Source of the DNA: Felis catus | Lineage: Eukaryota | DNA length: 64,000 bases | Direction of reading: 5' to 3' | NCBI RefSeq assembly: GCF_018350175.1 | Contig: NC_058368.1 | Coordinates: forward strand, 128,342,001-128,406,000 | Part shown: positions 1 to 14,000 of the stretch, in pieces | How positions within the stretch are numbered: the stretch's first letter is position 1 | How the letters are laid out: every line of letters begins with the position of its first letter | Notes under the pieces: model-generated | The model's database searches: none | Seen by the model: only the letters and a program-made list of their open reading frames with translations | Told to the model about the DNA's origin: nothing | Translations under genes and position numbers: made by a program

Positions 1-1346
1 TCTTCAAAATAGCCCTTTTGAAAAGCACTTTGGTTCAATCCACAGTTGTCACTGTCGCTCCAGAGTTCTTTTCAGTTGGACTTCTTTGATCTCCACTTGA
101 ATATAGACAGACTTCAAAAATTCCCCACACATTTAGGGTCAGAGTAGATGGATCTGATCTTCCTGGTGCTGAATTTCAGACAACCTCTAAATGTGAATGA
201 GTGCAAATCATAATCACCCCTAAACTATCCCACCCTAAAACTGTATAGATTGTTGGGATATGCCAATACCTAAGACTTAAAAAATTTGACTATTACATCT
301 GTCACATAGTTTTAGCAGAAAGACGTCTTGCAGTTCTTCCTACAGATCTAAACACATAGTTCTGTGAATACAGAAAACCACACATATACTCTATGAGGAG
401 TTTCCAATGATGTAGGTCTAGAGACAAAGCCCCATCAGGATAGACCTCAGTTAAAGTGTTCCATCTTCCCAAAAATATAACACCTTTTGTTCTTCTGCAG
501 CCAGAAGCCTAGTAAGGAAAATTCTAGATATCTATGATTAAAGATAGCAAAGGAAGAAGAGGACTGTAGTCAAGGCTGATAAAAGGTTGGTGTCAAAAAC
601 AACACCTACCTCACAATTTATCTATCCCAGGATCAGCTGTGCAATTTCCCCAGAACAATCCAAGTAACATTGTTCATTTTCAGAGAAGCACTTCCCTAAA
701 TCTCACATGCTGTAGGGGCTGAGTAGTCCACATGAGAGAACAGAAATCTCTGAATACTGAAACAACTGGTCAGCAATTCTACTGAGTACTTCCAACAGAG
801 AAAATGTAATTGGAGAAATGAGTGCTTACTGGTTTTATGTAGTGCCAGAGCAGTGCCCTCAAGATCATGATAATGTGCAGTTAAATGAATCAGCACAGCT
901 CAGCCTTCTGATCCTCAACTGAGAGCAAAGGGCTCAGTTATAAGCTGCTGCAGCATATGCCTGTGCTATGGGACACACAAACCCAGCAAGCATATAGAGG
1001 AACATAGCTACTGCTATCAATTCTCCCTGCAGAAATTCAGTAAAGTATTTCTTCTTTACCTTTTTTATAGGTTAGGGTCATAGAAATATTGGGCGGAGGG
1101 AAGATTTAACTAAAACAGCACTAAGGTTATACTTTTTACCCATTAAAACGGCAAAGGTATATGTGTTAATGATAATACCCAAAGTAGCACAAGGGTGCAA
1201 AGAAATGAACACTTTCTTAGACAATTCATGGGAATATACATTGGCATAATCATTCTAAAGGGAAATTTGGCAATATGCAATCAATACTTAAAATACACCC
1301 ACGGCCTTTGACCATGCAATATCACTCGTAAAAATTTATTCTTATA

Positions 1347-1506
1347 GGGACACCTGGGTGGCTCAGTCCGTTGAGTGTCTGACTCTTGATTTCAGCTCAG
1401 GTTGTGATCTCATGGTTGTGCTATGGAGCCTTGCATCAGGCTCTGTGCTGATGGCATGGACCCTGCTTGGGATTCTCTCTCTTTCTCTCTCAAAATAAAT
1501 AAAAAC
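1347..1506 (+). mobile_element. Can-SINE (older subfamily)
   Basis: gggacacctgggtggctcag head, CT tract, aaaataaa tail. Confidence 0.85.
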
Positions 1507-1719
1507 AAATTATTTTTAGAAAATAATCAAGGATTACCACCACACCCCCACCCCCCAAAAAAAAATCTAGCTACAAAAATATTTACTGGTAGGTTGTTTG
1601 CAAAATAGAGGGGGAAATGGAAACAATCTAACCAAAGAAACCCATTTAAATAAATTATGGTATATATCCATATTACCGAACACTATACTATCAATAATAA
1701 CAATACTGTGGAATGACAT

Positions 1720-2005
1720 AACACTAATGATGATGATAATATTAACAGCAGCTACCAACTGAGGGCCTAGTATGTGATAAATATTATTCTAAGCACTTTA
1801 CACATCTTAAGCCATTCAATCCCTAAAACAACCCCAGGAGGTAGGTATTGACTATTATTATCCCACTCTACAGATAAGAAAAGAGGGATGTCAGGTAGAG
1901 GCTGAAGCAGAGACATTTTATAAAATGTGCCCAAGGTCACAGGGTCAATAAAGGGTATATCAAGAACACAAGTACCACTTAGCTCCAGGGTCTGAGCTCT
2001 CAACA
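1720..2005 (-). mobile_element. MIR SINE
   Basis: ttctaagcactttacac...attattatcccactctacagataagaaa...cccaaggtcacag MIR core. Confidence 0.65.
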
Positions 2006-2112
2006 ACCCTGGTGTCAGTCAAGAATATTTAGTGATATGGGAAATATTTCTTGTTGTACTATCAAAAGAAAATAAGGTATAAAAGAAAAGAGCAAGAGTG
2101 AGAGAGAGTGAG

Positions 2113-2288
2113 GAAAGGGGAGGGGAGAAGGGAAGGGGAAGGGGAAGGGGAAGGGGAAGGGGAAGGGGAAGGGGAGGGAATGGAAGGGAAGGGAAGGGAA
2201 GGGAAGGGAAGGGAAGGGAAGGGAAGGGAAGGGAAGGGAAGGGAAGGGAGAAGAAGGGGGGAGGCAAGGCAAGACAAGACAAGACAGG
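2113..2288 (+). repeat. (GGGGAA)n-(GGGAA)n-(AAGAC)n purine-rich compound microsatellite
   Basis: Directly visible tandem units. Confidence 0.95.
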
Positions 2289-2689
2289 ACACAGAAAAAC
2301 ATCTGAAAGACGATAATACTAACTGAATAGGTAGTGTTACTCTTTGAGTTTATGGTGTACATTTTCTATAGTTTCCAAATTCTTTCAATAGATTAGGTTG
2401 ACAATTACCCAAAATTTTTTATTTTAATTTTTAAATTGCACACTGAAACAGGTGAACAGTTATTCACCCTGAAAATACTTTGGGAGGTAGCAGCTCACTG
2501 GTCCTTAATCAGGGAACCTCAAAAAGTGCTTAAGCAGAAAGAGGGCCAATCATTCCAAAGGAGCTAAGCAGACCTTTTGCTTGCATTTATCAAGTTTCTG
2601 CTCCCACAGGCTGACATACAAACCCCACTTGGGACCCACATAATAGTTATGCATTACATTTCTTTTGCATCATTTTAACAGAATAGTAA

Positions 2690-3110
2690 AAGCTACCTTT
2701 CAACGAGTACCTGCTAGAAGTCAGACATTTATGCTAGGGGTTTTACAATACAGTATTCTACTCTTAGCAACAATTTTATAGAGCAGGTATGGCCCATTTT
2801 AACACTTGCAGAAACTAAAATTCAGAGAGGTTAAGAGACTTGCCCAAGGCCACAAAACCAGGAAAAGGGAAAACCAGGAACTGGCCCAGCCAGGACTTTA
2901 CGGCTCTAAGGCCATTCTTCTACCACACCACGTTTTATGGAGGCAGTGTGGTATGACAGACCACGGATTCCGGAAATTGAGTTTATGTGTGTGAATCCTG
3001 GCTCTGTGACTTAAATTCTCCGTGCCTTAGCTCACTCATTGAAAAAATGCAAATATCAATAGTATGTCGGTCACAGGGCGATTATGATCAAGACATGTAT
3101 TACACATAAA
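2690..3110. mobile_element. Two adjacent MIR fragments
   Basis: agaggttaagagacttgcccaaggccaca and gaatcctggctctgtgact...ccttagctcactcatt. Confidence 0.5.
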
Positions 3111-3395
3111 TCATTTCCATCAAGAAGTATATGCAGATTCTAAACAAATTCATTTAAGGAAGTTGCAGTCAGAAGTATGCAGCATTGATTAACATAACCA
3201 AACCAAGTAAGCATTCTGTAAGTTTTCAATAATACCAAACACATACAGAGCTTACCATGCAGCAAGCCCTGTTGGAAGCACTTTGTACAGATTTATTCAC
3301 TTACTTCTTCCCAAAAAGAGGTTCCAAGAAACCTAGCAAGTTTACATGACTTTCTGCTGGCAATTTTAAAGGACTGGTAACATCCCTTTCTTTAC

Positions 3396-3572
3396 CTGGA
3401 CTCTTCGTAGATGAGCCACACGCTCCTCTATGGAGGTCTGCAAGGCCAAAGGGACTTTCAAAATCTCTTGGTAATTGTCCATTAGAAACGTCACCAACCT
3501 CACAGCTAATAACTCATCCAAGTCTACTTCATCCTTGGAACACAAGATGCAACGGGAAAATGTCTGAACCAT
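3396..3572 (-). CDS. DEPDC1B: DEPDC1B coding exon 9 (177 nt)
   Basis: [59 protein letters not shown]; acceptor tttcAG, donor GTAAAG; phase 0 to 0. Confidence 0.96.
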
Positions 3573-4820
3573 CTGAAACAAGAAGGGGAGGTATTTTTTC
3601 ATGAAACACAGATGAAGTCTTCTTTCCCTACAATGAACTGAGTTCAATCTAATTTGCAAAAAACAAATGTGACTAGTCAGGGAGAAATGGCCCACAGGAC
3701 AGGGTACACATCTAATCTGGCACCTGGCCATACCTGGTCATCTGAGATGGGCTGATTTTTATCAACCAGCAAAACAGAAGGTGTGTCTCAACTCACAGAG
3801 ACTCAGCAAACATGCTTGTCTGAGCAGTTTTTAAAGCACACCCCTTTACAGACAGTTTTAAACATATATAAACGAATTCTGAAAATTATTATCACTACCA
3901 TTACTTGAATCATGTAGCATTTCAAAGTTCAAAGTACTTTAAAGCCATTTAGTTTACTAATATCCTTATTTCACTATTGATTTTTTTAAAAATCTGCTAG
4001 CACAACATATATGCCTCAACAGTTATGTTTTTTCCCAGTTAACTGTAATTTTCTCTAGGATTTTGGGTGTACATTTGACAATCACATTTGAACAAAATCA
4101 TTAGACTTTGTAACAAGTTCATTAAATGATGAGACTTTACAAAAAGCAGAAATATAAAAAATATTATGTAGCTGCTTTCATAGAAGGCATATTAACTATT
4201 TCCTTCTTCAATACCATCCTTTGGATAGATACTTTTTCCTTTTCCTACTAATTTTACTGCTGACAATCTTATTTTGAAACCTACAAGCATGAAATCATGT
4301 AATTCTGCTTAATTAGACTTTATTTCATCAACTTACTGCAGAGGATCCTTTATTTTTCATTCACATGTACGTGTAAAGAGAGACATGCAGACAGACATTT
4401 TTTACCTGGAGACTATGGACCTTAGGGAATCTGAATGCCTTGAAATTGTATGCAAAATTTTACATGTGTATCCTTCTGGGGAACAGTGCAAAGTTTTCTT
4501 CAGCCTTTCATAAAGGCCCATTAGCCCCATTACCTATCTACCCAACAAAAACCAAGGTCAAGAATCTCTCTACTGGGCTCTGAGTGCTCCTCTGATCTTA
4601 CCCCACGCCACACTTCTAAAACTGGACCAGAGGACCCCCAGAGATACACCATGGTTCACCTGGACGTGAAAAGGACATACACCTCAAAGAAGCATCAAAT
4701 TTGCTCCAAGGCCTCCAATTTTGAGGAAAATTAAAAGTTTTTGTAATAAGAAATTCTAAACATAAACCCTATTTTAAAAGACATGCTAACATTAGCAAAG
4801 TAGAATTTAAAATTAGCATA

Positions 4821-5002
4821 TGTGGCACACATGGGTGGCTCAATGACTTAAGCGTCTGACGTTGGCTCAGGTCACGATTTCACGGTTCGTGAGTTTGAGC
4901 CCCACATCAGGTTCTGTGCTGACAGAGCACAGCCTGCTTGGGATTCTCTTTCCCTCCCTCCCTCTCTGCCCCTCCCCTGCTTGCTCTTTCTCTCCTTCAA
5001 AA

Positions 5003-5051
<49 letters not shown>

Positions 5052-5302
5052 GGCACCTGGGTGGCTCAGTCAGTTGGTTGGGCGTCCAACCTTGGCTCAG
5101 GTCACGATCTCACAGCCCGTGAGTTCGAGCCCCGCATCGGGTTCTGTGCTGACAGCTCAGAGCCTGGAGCCTGCTTCGGATTCTGTGTCTCCCTCTCTCT
5201 CTGCCCCTAGCTCACTCGCATCCTGTCTCTGTCTCTCTCAAAAATCAATAAACATTAAAAAAATAATAATAAAATAAATAAAAACTTCAAAAAATAATAA
5301 AA
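4821..5302 (+). mobile_element. Two tandem Can-SINEs (4821-5002; 5051-5280) separated by (TAGA)n
   Basis: Two SINE heads; outer TSD taaaattagcata at 4808-4820 and 5303-5315. Confidence 0.88.
5003..5050 (+). repeat. (TAGA)n tetranucleotide microsatellite
   Basis: About 12 tandem units. Confidence 0.95.
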
Positions 5303-5812
5303 TAAAATTAGCATACATTGGTAAGCAAAACTGAGAATATTTTATGGACCCTAAGATCATAACCTGAGTGAACAAGTTCTCAATCTCCCTGCCAGGCTAT
5401 CTGATACAACTCTGTATTTTACTTCTTTCCTCTTTACCCCATTATACAGGCTGCGTCCACTTGTTATAGTGACAAATGCTTCACAACCCTTTTTGTCGTG
5501 GAGGAAAGAATACTGTTTTCTTGAGAGACCACTTATCCTCACTGTCCACCCTTCCTTCTCTTTATGTTGACAGTAGGCCCTAGGCAGCAGACGCCTTTAA
5601 ACTCAGAGCCTATCCCTACTCACTCTCCACTTTGCATTATGTTATTTAAGACAGTAACACCCAAAGTGTTTAGTGTCGGGGTGGTTTCCAAGCGATGGCT
5701 CTACAAGCAAGCCTGCCTTGCACCTTCCTCTGGCTGCCAAGCTAGTAAACTCTACTCAGGTGGATTTTATTGCCAAAACTGAAGTCAGGTTAGATGGTAG
5801 AGATCAACCTAC

Positions 5813-5979
5813 CAGTGTTCGGGTACCAAGGCCATCACACAGGGGTGGCATCTCCTTATTTAGGCAGATTCTTGCCATCATCCTCATCAACAGCTGTAAC
5901 TTTCTCCTATTTTCTGGTGGCAGGAGGAGGCAGCAAATCTGAAATGCTTCAATAGCCATTTTCTCTTTCTGTAACAAAC
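5813..5979 (-). CDS. DEPDC1B: DEPDC1B coding exon 8 (167 nt), RhoGAP-like domain
   Basis: (G)[55 protein letters not shown]; acceptor atcAG, donor GTAGGT; phase 1 to 0. Not in the ORF track; read manually. Confidence 0.95.
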
Positions 5980-6739
5980 CTGATTTAGAAAGAAGTTTTT
6001 AATCTTTTAAAACCAATAGCCAACTTGACTCCATTATGTTTACATTTTTCAAATTATGTACTATTAAAATTATATAGAACATGTACACATATCCAACTAC
6101 GCTGGGCCAAATGATTATAGATCTAATGCACTGGCACCGAAAATACAAACCATCAACTAAGGATGACAAATATATAAACCAAATACAGCCATTTCCCTCT
6201 CTCAGATTTTTTGTAGTATTCTTTCCCAGCAAACCAAGAGCAGTCAGGTTAAGTCTAACCTAACACTCAACACTCACAGTTACTATAGGATGAAGACAGC
6301 ATGAGCAAAGATATGAATGTGCCACTGCTGCCCTGAATTGCCCCCTTGTATTATGTCCCTGGGATGAGCAGGGTCACCATCTAACAGGATTCTCACGGAC
6401 TGAAAACAGGTCCGATTGGCCTACAGTCAGACCACTGCCAGATGGCTGCACTTCTTTCCAAACAACACACATCAAATAACCCTTCCTCACACATAAGCTG
6501 TTCTTCCTAGCTAAGTGTACCGATTCAATCATGTTATATGCCAGCCCTCCTCAACCAAACTACAGTCTTCTAATACTGTGCTACAAATCACGGTTCTCTA
6601 ATACTGTGCTCTCTTCAACCACATTTGTCCCCAGACACATCCACATCCAAACCCTCTAATGAGAAGAAACTGCTTTCATCAATTTATTTGTTCCATGTCC
6701 AACCTCTTCAAGTTCCCAATGGTTTCTCTTAGAGGCAAA

Positions 6740-7085
6740 ACCATCTTTGGCACCCAGTAAGTATTTCTGACCATCTATGATATGCCAGGAACTGTGCCAA
6801 GTCCTGGAAATATGAAAATATGCCAGGTCCCTCACTCTGAAGAGCTGATGTGCTATGAGGAGACACCCATTAAAAAATTGTAAATGGCAAAATGTGAGAG
6901 GTGCTACAAGAGACATCTGCAAGGGCAACATTAGGGAAATTATAAGTCATTCCTTAGGACACAGCACAGGCTTGGCATAGAAGTAAAGCTGGAAAGGTCA
7001 ACAGAGATGAGATCCGAAAAGGCCTTGAACGCCAGACTAAGGAGCCTGGGTTTGGCCCTGACGGCAGTGGGTGGGCATGGGAGAG
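6740..7085 (-). mobile_element. L2 fragment
   Basis: aagtatttctgaccatctatgatatgccaggaactgtgc...ggccttgaacgccagactaaggag. Confidence 0.5.
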
Positions 7086-7123
7086 AAAAGGAGGCAGAAG
7101 GGGAGCTTTAATACACCAAGTTC

Positions 7124-7370
7124 GGGGCGCCTGTGTGGTGCAGTCGGTTAGGCGTCCGACTGCAGCCAGGTCACGATCTCGCGGTCCGTGAGTTCGAGCC
7201 CCGCGTCGGGCTCTGGGCTGATGGCTCCGAGCCTGGAGCCTGTTTCCGATTCTGTGTCTCCCTCTCTCTCTGCCCCTCCCCCGTTCATGCTCTGTCTCTC
7301 TCTGTCCCAAAAATAAATAAACGTTGAAAAAAAAAATTTTTTTTAAATAAAAAAAATAAAAATTAAAAAA
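7124..7370 (+). mobile_element. Young SINEC_Fc-type Can-SINE
   Basis: CpG-rich body; perfect TSD aatacaccaagttc at 7110-7123 and 7371-7384. Confidence 0.93.
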
Positions 7371-7499
7371 AATACACCAAGTTCAATCCTAGATGTTCAC
7401 TGAAAATACTGCTGCTGATTCTCATCACTAGACCTTCTTTCAACTCTATATAATCAGGTCTATGAAAAGAAAAAAGGTTTATGATCAAATATTAATTCT

Positions 7500-8200
7500 T
7501 TCTTTCACTTATCCAACAAATATTTATTAAGCCTTGCCTGTATTCCAGGAACTATTTTAGAAGAGGACATACAGTAGGGAATAAAAACAAAATCCTCGCC
7601 TGATGTCATGGAGCTTACTTTCCAGCAGATAATAAGCAAAGAGGTACAAACATATGGCACGTGGAAAAATGCTATGGAGAAAAAAGAAAGGAGCAGGGGA
7701 GTGATGGGATATGCTCAGAAAAACATTTCTGGTTTTTTGGGAAAAGTCTCTAAGGAGGTGAAATTTGAGCAGAGATCTGAAGGAAATGAGAGTAAGCCAG
7801 GGAAGTTATCTGAGAGACAAATTTCCAAGGTGGAGGAAAGAGCAATGACAGAGATTGTGACACGAGAGTATGTTTGGAGTGTGTGAGGAAAAGCAGTGAG
7901 GCCAGCGTGAAGACAGAGGAGTGTATAAGAGCATTCAAACAGGAAAGGAGGTTAGAGTGGAAGGTAAGAGCCACAGCAGGCAGAACCCTGTAGGCTACCA
8001 TTGAGAATTTTGAGTTTTATTATGAGTGACCTCAGAAAACACTGGAGGGTTCTGGGCAGGGGAATCATTAACCTGAATTACTTTTTACTCTGGCAGCTCT
8101 AGAGAGAAGAGATTGTAAGGGGGGGTAACACAGAAGGAGGAAGATGAGAAGCATGATGACAGTCTGGATAAGATAGAAGAAGTGGAACTAGTAAGAACTA
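7500..8200 (-). mobile_element. L2 fragment
   Basis: caacaaatatttattaag...aggtgaaatttgagcagagatctgaagga typical of the L2 3' region. Confidence 0.6.
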
Positions 8201-9530
8201 ATTAAATTCTAAATCTCTTTCTCCACAAAGCCTTCTACTTTTTCCATAAAGCTTTCTATCACATTAGCCCACAAATCCCTTCTTTTTCCAAATTATAAAC
8301 ACCTTTTGACAGACTTTACCTTATTTTATTATGATTCATGTATATATACAATATGTATATTGTATATATGTATTGTTTTACCAAAGAGAGAGCAAGCTAA
8401 TTGAAAGCATAATCCATTTCCTTTGGCAAGCCTTACTTCCTGATAAAGTACAGGTGAACATTCAAATACCTATTTGTCAACAGAGTATTACATGGCTATT
8501 AAAAATGGTAAATTTTGAAGTTATGGAACAATATTTCCAATACAATATTTATGAAGAAAATCACAATAATAAACCTTATAAAAATAAGGTAGTAAAAAGG
8601 AAAAGATCAAGACTACATCAATTTTCTTTTAATTTTCAGATTTCTTTGTTGGGACACTGTTAACCTAACACATAAAAGTTACATTCATCAAATCTTTTAA
8701 AAAGTCTAAATTCTAAACTTTCAGTTGCTTAAATCCCAAACTTGGAGTTGGTCATGATTCTGGGTTTTATGAAAATTAGGGTGAGAATGTATCAGTAAAT
8801 CCATCTCAGGAACTAATCTACACAAACCTACACAAATAGGAGACAAAGTCCACCCTTGACTCGCATACATCCCAATAACTCACTGGGCCCCCTGTGAAGC
8901 TAGGGACTCCCTTCCTTCTGCCAAGGATCCCAAGTGAGAACTCCCTGCAATTCGTTCCAATTGCCAACTTCCCACCTCCTGTAAAAAGAGAATGCTACTG
9001 ATACCTTCCTCCATTAAATTCCTAATCTCCCCCAAACAATGCCGCAGCCTCTGGCTGTGGAGGAGCCACCATCAATAGTTTGAATGAGGGAAGCTCCTGC
9101 TGAACAACACTCCAGAATGTGGAAGGAAGGAGAGTTGCTTATGCCCAAAGCTTGAAGAGTAACACGAAACTATGAGGCTCCTAATACTCCCTCCTGGAGC
9201 CTGGAATGCATTTTACCAGAGGAAGGAAAAACAAAACACTGTAGGGACTGATTAGGCCTAAAGTACTATTAGATTTTAACTACAGCTAAAATTCATAATG
9301 AATTAAGTATATTCTGTAAATTGATCTTATAACTTAGCTGTCCTTTACAGCACTGCTTCTTGGGGAGGGAGGCAAGGAGCAGAACATTGTTCTAAACAAC
9401 ATACTCTGAAAGGTTTACAACAAAATCTGTCATTTTGACATAATTTAATAATTTATCAGATAAAATTAAAAAACTAAGGTGTTCCTACCTCCCAAAAGGT
9501 ATAAAAATTGGTACTCCTAATCCCCGCTAC

Positions 9531-9738
9531 TTGTTTTTTTTTTTTTTTAGAGAGAGAGAGTGTGCATGAGTGGGAGGGTAGGGGTGTCAGAGAAAGAGAG
9601 AAAGAGAGAAAGAGAATGAATCTCAAGCAGGCTCCACGCTTAGCGTGAGGCAGGGCTCAATCACATGACCCTGGGATCATGACCTGAACCCAAATTCAAG
9701 AGCCAGATGCTTAACCGACTGAGCCACGCAGGCACCTC
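9531..9738 (-). mobile_element. Can-SINE
   Basis: T-run, GA tract, ...cttaaccgactgagccacgcaggcacc. Confidence 0.85.
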
Positions 9739-11059
9739 TATTTTTTCTAATTATACATTATCACCTCCTAAGATACTACAGAATTTACTTTTTTGTTATC
9801 TACCATTGTTTCCCCTCTGCCTTACTAAAATGTAAGCTCTACATGGGCAGGGATTCCTTTCAGTTTTGTTTACTGATACCTCCAACAGGTAGAACACTAC
9901 CTGGTAGATCACAGGTGCTTACTAAATATTTTCTGTGGTGAACATGTGAATGAATGACTATATGAATGAAGGAATAACAATGAGTCCTCCCTTGCTAGGA
10001 TTGGAACTAGAATATCTGGCTTAAGTCCCCGGTCCCATTGATTGTATATGCTTGGACAAGTCACTTAACCTCCATGAATCCCAATTAACCCAGCAGTAAA
10101 TTGTGGTGGACGGCCATAAAACCGAATCATTGTACTGAACTGAGGGCCCATAGGCTATAAAAGAAAGCCTACGTGAACTGAAACTTTTAATAGCATTGAT
10201 GATAGGTGCTGCTGCTGCTACTACTACAATTACTACTACAAATTAAAACATTAAGACTAATACCAGGGTGGAAAATAGGATGCAAATCAGATGCAACTTT
10301 GGCTAGATTTTCGTAAAAAGTCAGTTAAGAAATGTACTGTGCACTAGTACACAGACATGAATTTGGCTCTGGATCTCTGCGATGAGAGAATAAATAAAGT
10401 CCCACAATGCCCCAGCAGAACTGTATTACTGAGTAACAAATCATCTAAGAATGCCCTCCTCAAGCCTATATGCCTCAGCAGTTGCATAACCCTATGACAG
10501 AGGATGGAAAAAAATATAAACATATGTAAACATCATCTCATGCAATGGTTATGTCAACTTGACCATGCGTAATTCAGAAAGACTCACAGTTATGACTTTT
10601 TGGGTCACTAGAACAATCTCATGTCCACATTATTATTAGGTAAAAACAGCTATGTCTGACTTACTGATGTTAGAAGGATCTATGACAACCCTTAAATTTT
10701 TCTTGACTTTTTAGCTGAAAGAATGTGGATGCCTGTGTTGCCATCAATGACAGAACTATCACAATATTTGGTAGTTGGCCCCTTGTTAACCTAAAGATTA
10801 TAGAAGTCTTTGTTAGAATTAACTACTAATGTATAATGTACAACGCTACAGTCTTAAAATTTAGGTGAAAGTTGTTCTTTAGGCAAAAGGCTTACCTTTC
10901 AACAGCGTTTAATTTGCTAACTGATATAGCAACTGTGTGGCTGAACACAAGATTTCAAGGATGAACTACAATAGCTGACCTGCTTTGGTTGCTTACTCCA
11001 ATCAAGTAATTCAAATAGATAAAAAGTTAATTGAGAAAAACACAAAAGAAATTATCTCA

Positions 11060-14000
11060 TGTCCATAAGTGGCAAGAATTAGGAGTAGGGACTCACCTGA
11101 CATGAAAGCAAGACTTGCTACAAAGCTATAGTTAATTAAACAGTATGATGCTACCATGAGAAAACATCAAAGACCAACACGACAAATTTGGAAGTCTAGA
11201 AACAGGTCCAAGTATGCTTGGGAACCTGATATATCACAGAAATGTCATCACCAATCAGCAAGGAAAGAATGGTCTGTTCAAAAAAGGTGTTTGGAATAAC
11301 CTAATAACCATATGTCAGGAAAAAAATCAAATCATTAAAATTAAATTATTAAAAATACAGAAAATTCTGACTCCAACCAAGATAGAACAGCAAGGCCCAG
11401 ACTAACCCTCCCTCCACAAACAGCTAGAAAACTGGACAAATTTTATGCAGTAACAATTTCTATACATGGGATAATGAAACAGTACCATAATTCCTGAGAA
11501 AAGAGAACAAAACAAACAAGCTCTACAATTTCCCCACATTATGCCTAGAGGCACATTCTAAAACATGTATCAGAGACAGAGAGCTCAAGCAGACGGAAGA
11601 GACAGACTGGAGTTTGTGGAGCTGAGTCAGCTGGACATTGCAAAGCAGAGTTCCAACTGCAGGGAACTAAACAGAAGAAGGGTTCCATAAACCTGCATAG
11701 AAATCCCCTGGGACTCTGATGAACACTGAAATGCATATACATGATTAAGGCAAAACTCTAGGAGGTCATACAAAAAACAACCAGTGAACTTTGAGCTGAA
11801 CACTTCCCAGAGCTCACATAGAAGAGAGCCCTGCTGATCACTGAAGGCATTCCACAGAAAGCCCAGCAGGATTATGCTTCAATAGTAGAACCAAACTTCA
11901 CTTCAGTAAAGGTTAATCTAATCTGGCCTTAAAAACAGCTTTTAAAAATAAGACACAAATGAATCAAAAAGAAATTCAATTAAATTAACTGCCTAAGAGA
12001 ACAAAGCTTACCCTCTTCAAAGGAAGATAACAAAATTCAGATACTCAACAAGGGAAAACATTTTGTTCAAACAAAATCACTAGACATACCAAGAAGCAAA
12101 AAAGTATGACCCATGGCAGGAGAAAAAACTAGTAGAAAATCATAAAAAATAGTCACAGATAAAAAACTTAGAGAAAAGTATGTTACAAAAGATATTCTAT
12201 GTTCTCATATTATTAGAAAATATATAAATACAGGAAGGAGAAAATGGAAGATATAAAGAAAAACCAAATGGAACTTCTAGAAATGAAAAATCCTCATCCT
12301 CAAAAGAAACACTCACTAGGTGAGAACCATAGCAGATTAACACTTCAAAAAAAGAAAAAAGAAAACTTAAATTCACAGTAAATGAATCAACCAAAATAGA
12401 AGCAAAGTAGGCAAAAAAGTAGGGAAAAAAATAAACAGAGCTGCAGCAAACTGTGGGAAAGCATCAGATGACCTAAACTCTGTGTCATTAGAAAAGTAGG
12501 AGTCACAGAAAAAAATATTTGAAGAAATAATTGCTAAAAATGTTCCAAATTTGGTGAAATCGATATATCAACAGAATAAAGAAATTCAATGAATCAAAGG
12601 GCAAAGAACACAAAAAAACTCTTAAAAGCACATTATAATTAAATTCCCAAAATCAGTGATAAAGAAAATCTCAAAAACAGTCAGAGGGAAAAAAGGCACA
12701 TTACAAACAGAAGAATAAAAATAAGTAATGACCATAGACTTTTCTTCAGAAACTACTCAAGCCAGAAAGCACCTTCAAAGTGCTAAATAAAGAAAATTAT
12801 CTTAGAATTCTATATCCATTGAAAATACTTTCCAGAATTAAGTCTGAAGAAAGACGTTTCAGAACCCCAACCTCCCCCTAAAAATCTACAGCCAAGAGAC
12901 CTATACCATAAAAATGTCACAGGACATTATTCCAGCAGAAGGAAAATGATACCAGATGGTAATGATACCAGATGGATCTGCATAAAGGAATGAAGATTCC
13001 CAGAAAAGATTAATATGTGAATAAATGAAAAGAATAATATGTGAATAAAAGATTGCTTTGTGTTCCTTAATTTCTTTAAAAGAAAATTACCTGCCCAAAG
13101 AAAAAATAACATACAGTAGGGCTTATTACAAATGTTATAAAAGAATATATCACACAAAATGGATGATGATAATATCAGAAAGGATACAAAAGAGAAAAAA
13201 AAGGATACGGTAACATGATAACATTATATGTGAAGAAATATGATATTTAAAGGTAAGCAAAGGTTTCTTGAGACAAAAAGCATGAACCATAAAAGAAAAT
13301 GATAAAATAGACTTCATCAAAACTAAAAGCTTCTGCTTTTTCAAAGACATTGTTAAGGAAAAGAAACAAAAGACCACAATTTGGGAGAAAATATTTACAA
13401 TACATAATCAAAGAAAGGACTTACAGGTAGAATATGCAAACACCTCTTACAACTCAATAAGAGAACAAACAAGCCAATAAAAAGCAGAATATTTCAATAG
13501 ACACTTCACAAAAGAAGTTAACAGAAAAGCCATTGGGCAAATGAAAACATGCTCAATATAACTAGTCATTAGAAACATACAGCTAAAAACCACAGATATA
13601 GCACTACCCACCTACTAAGTGAGCTAAAACAAAAGACTGACAGTATCAAATGTTGACAAGGATGTAGAACTACCAAAACTCTTACACATCATTGATGGGG
13701 ATGTAAAATGGCACAACAATTCTGGAAAATACCTTGTCAGTTTCATAATGAAAGTAAATATACATTTATCATATGACTCAGCAATTCCACCCCTAACTAT
13801 TTACTCAAAAGGAGTTAAGATACAGGTTCATACAGCTTTATTCATAATGGCCCAAGAATGGACACAATCCACCTGTTCTGCAACAAGTAAATGGATAAAC
13901 CAATTATGGTTTGTAGTATATCCATGCACTAGAATACTCAGCAAAACAAGCCAGATACAAAGTACACAGTGTATAATTCCACTTGTATGAAACGCTTAAA

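Noticed and set aside
2015..2362. Low-complexity ORFs (PFPSL, GREGK repeats)
   Set aside because: Translations of the (GGGAA)n microsatellite.
6954..7327. ORFs repeated almost identically at 26049-26309 and 41730-41945
   Set aside because: Translations of young Can-SINE copies, not a gene family.
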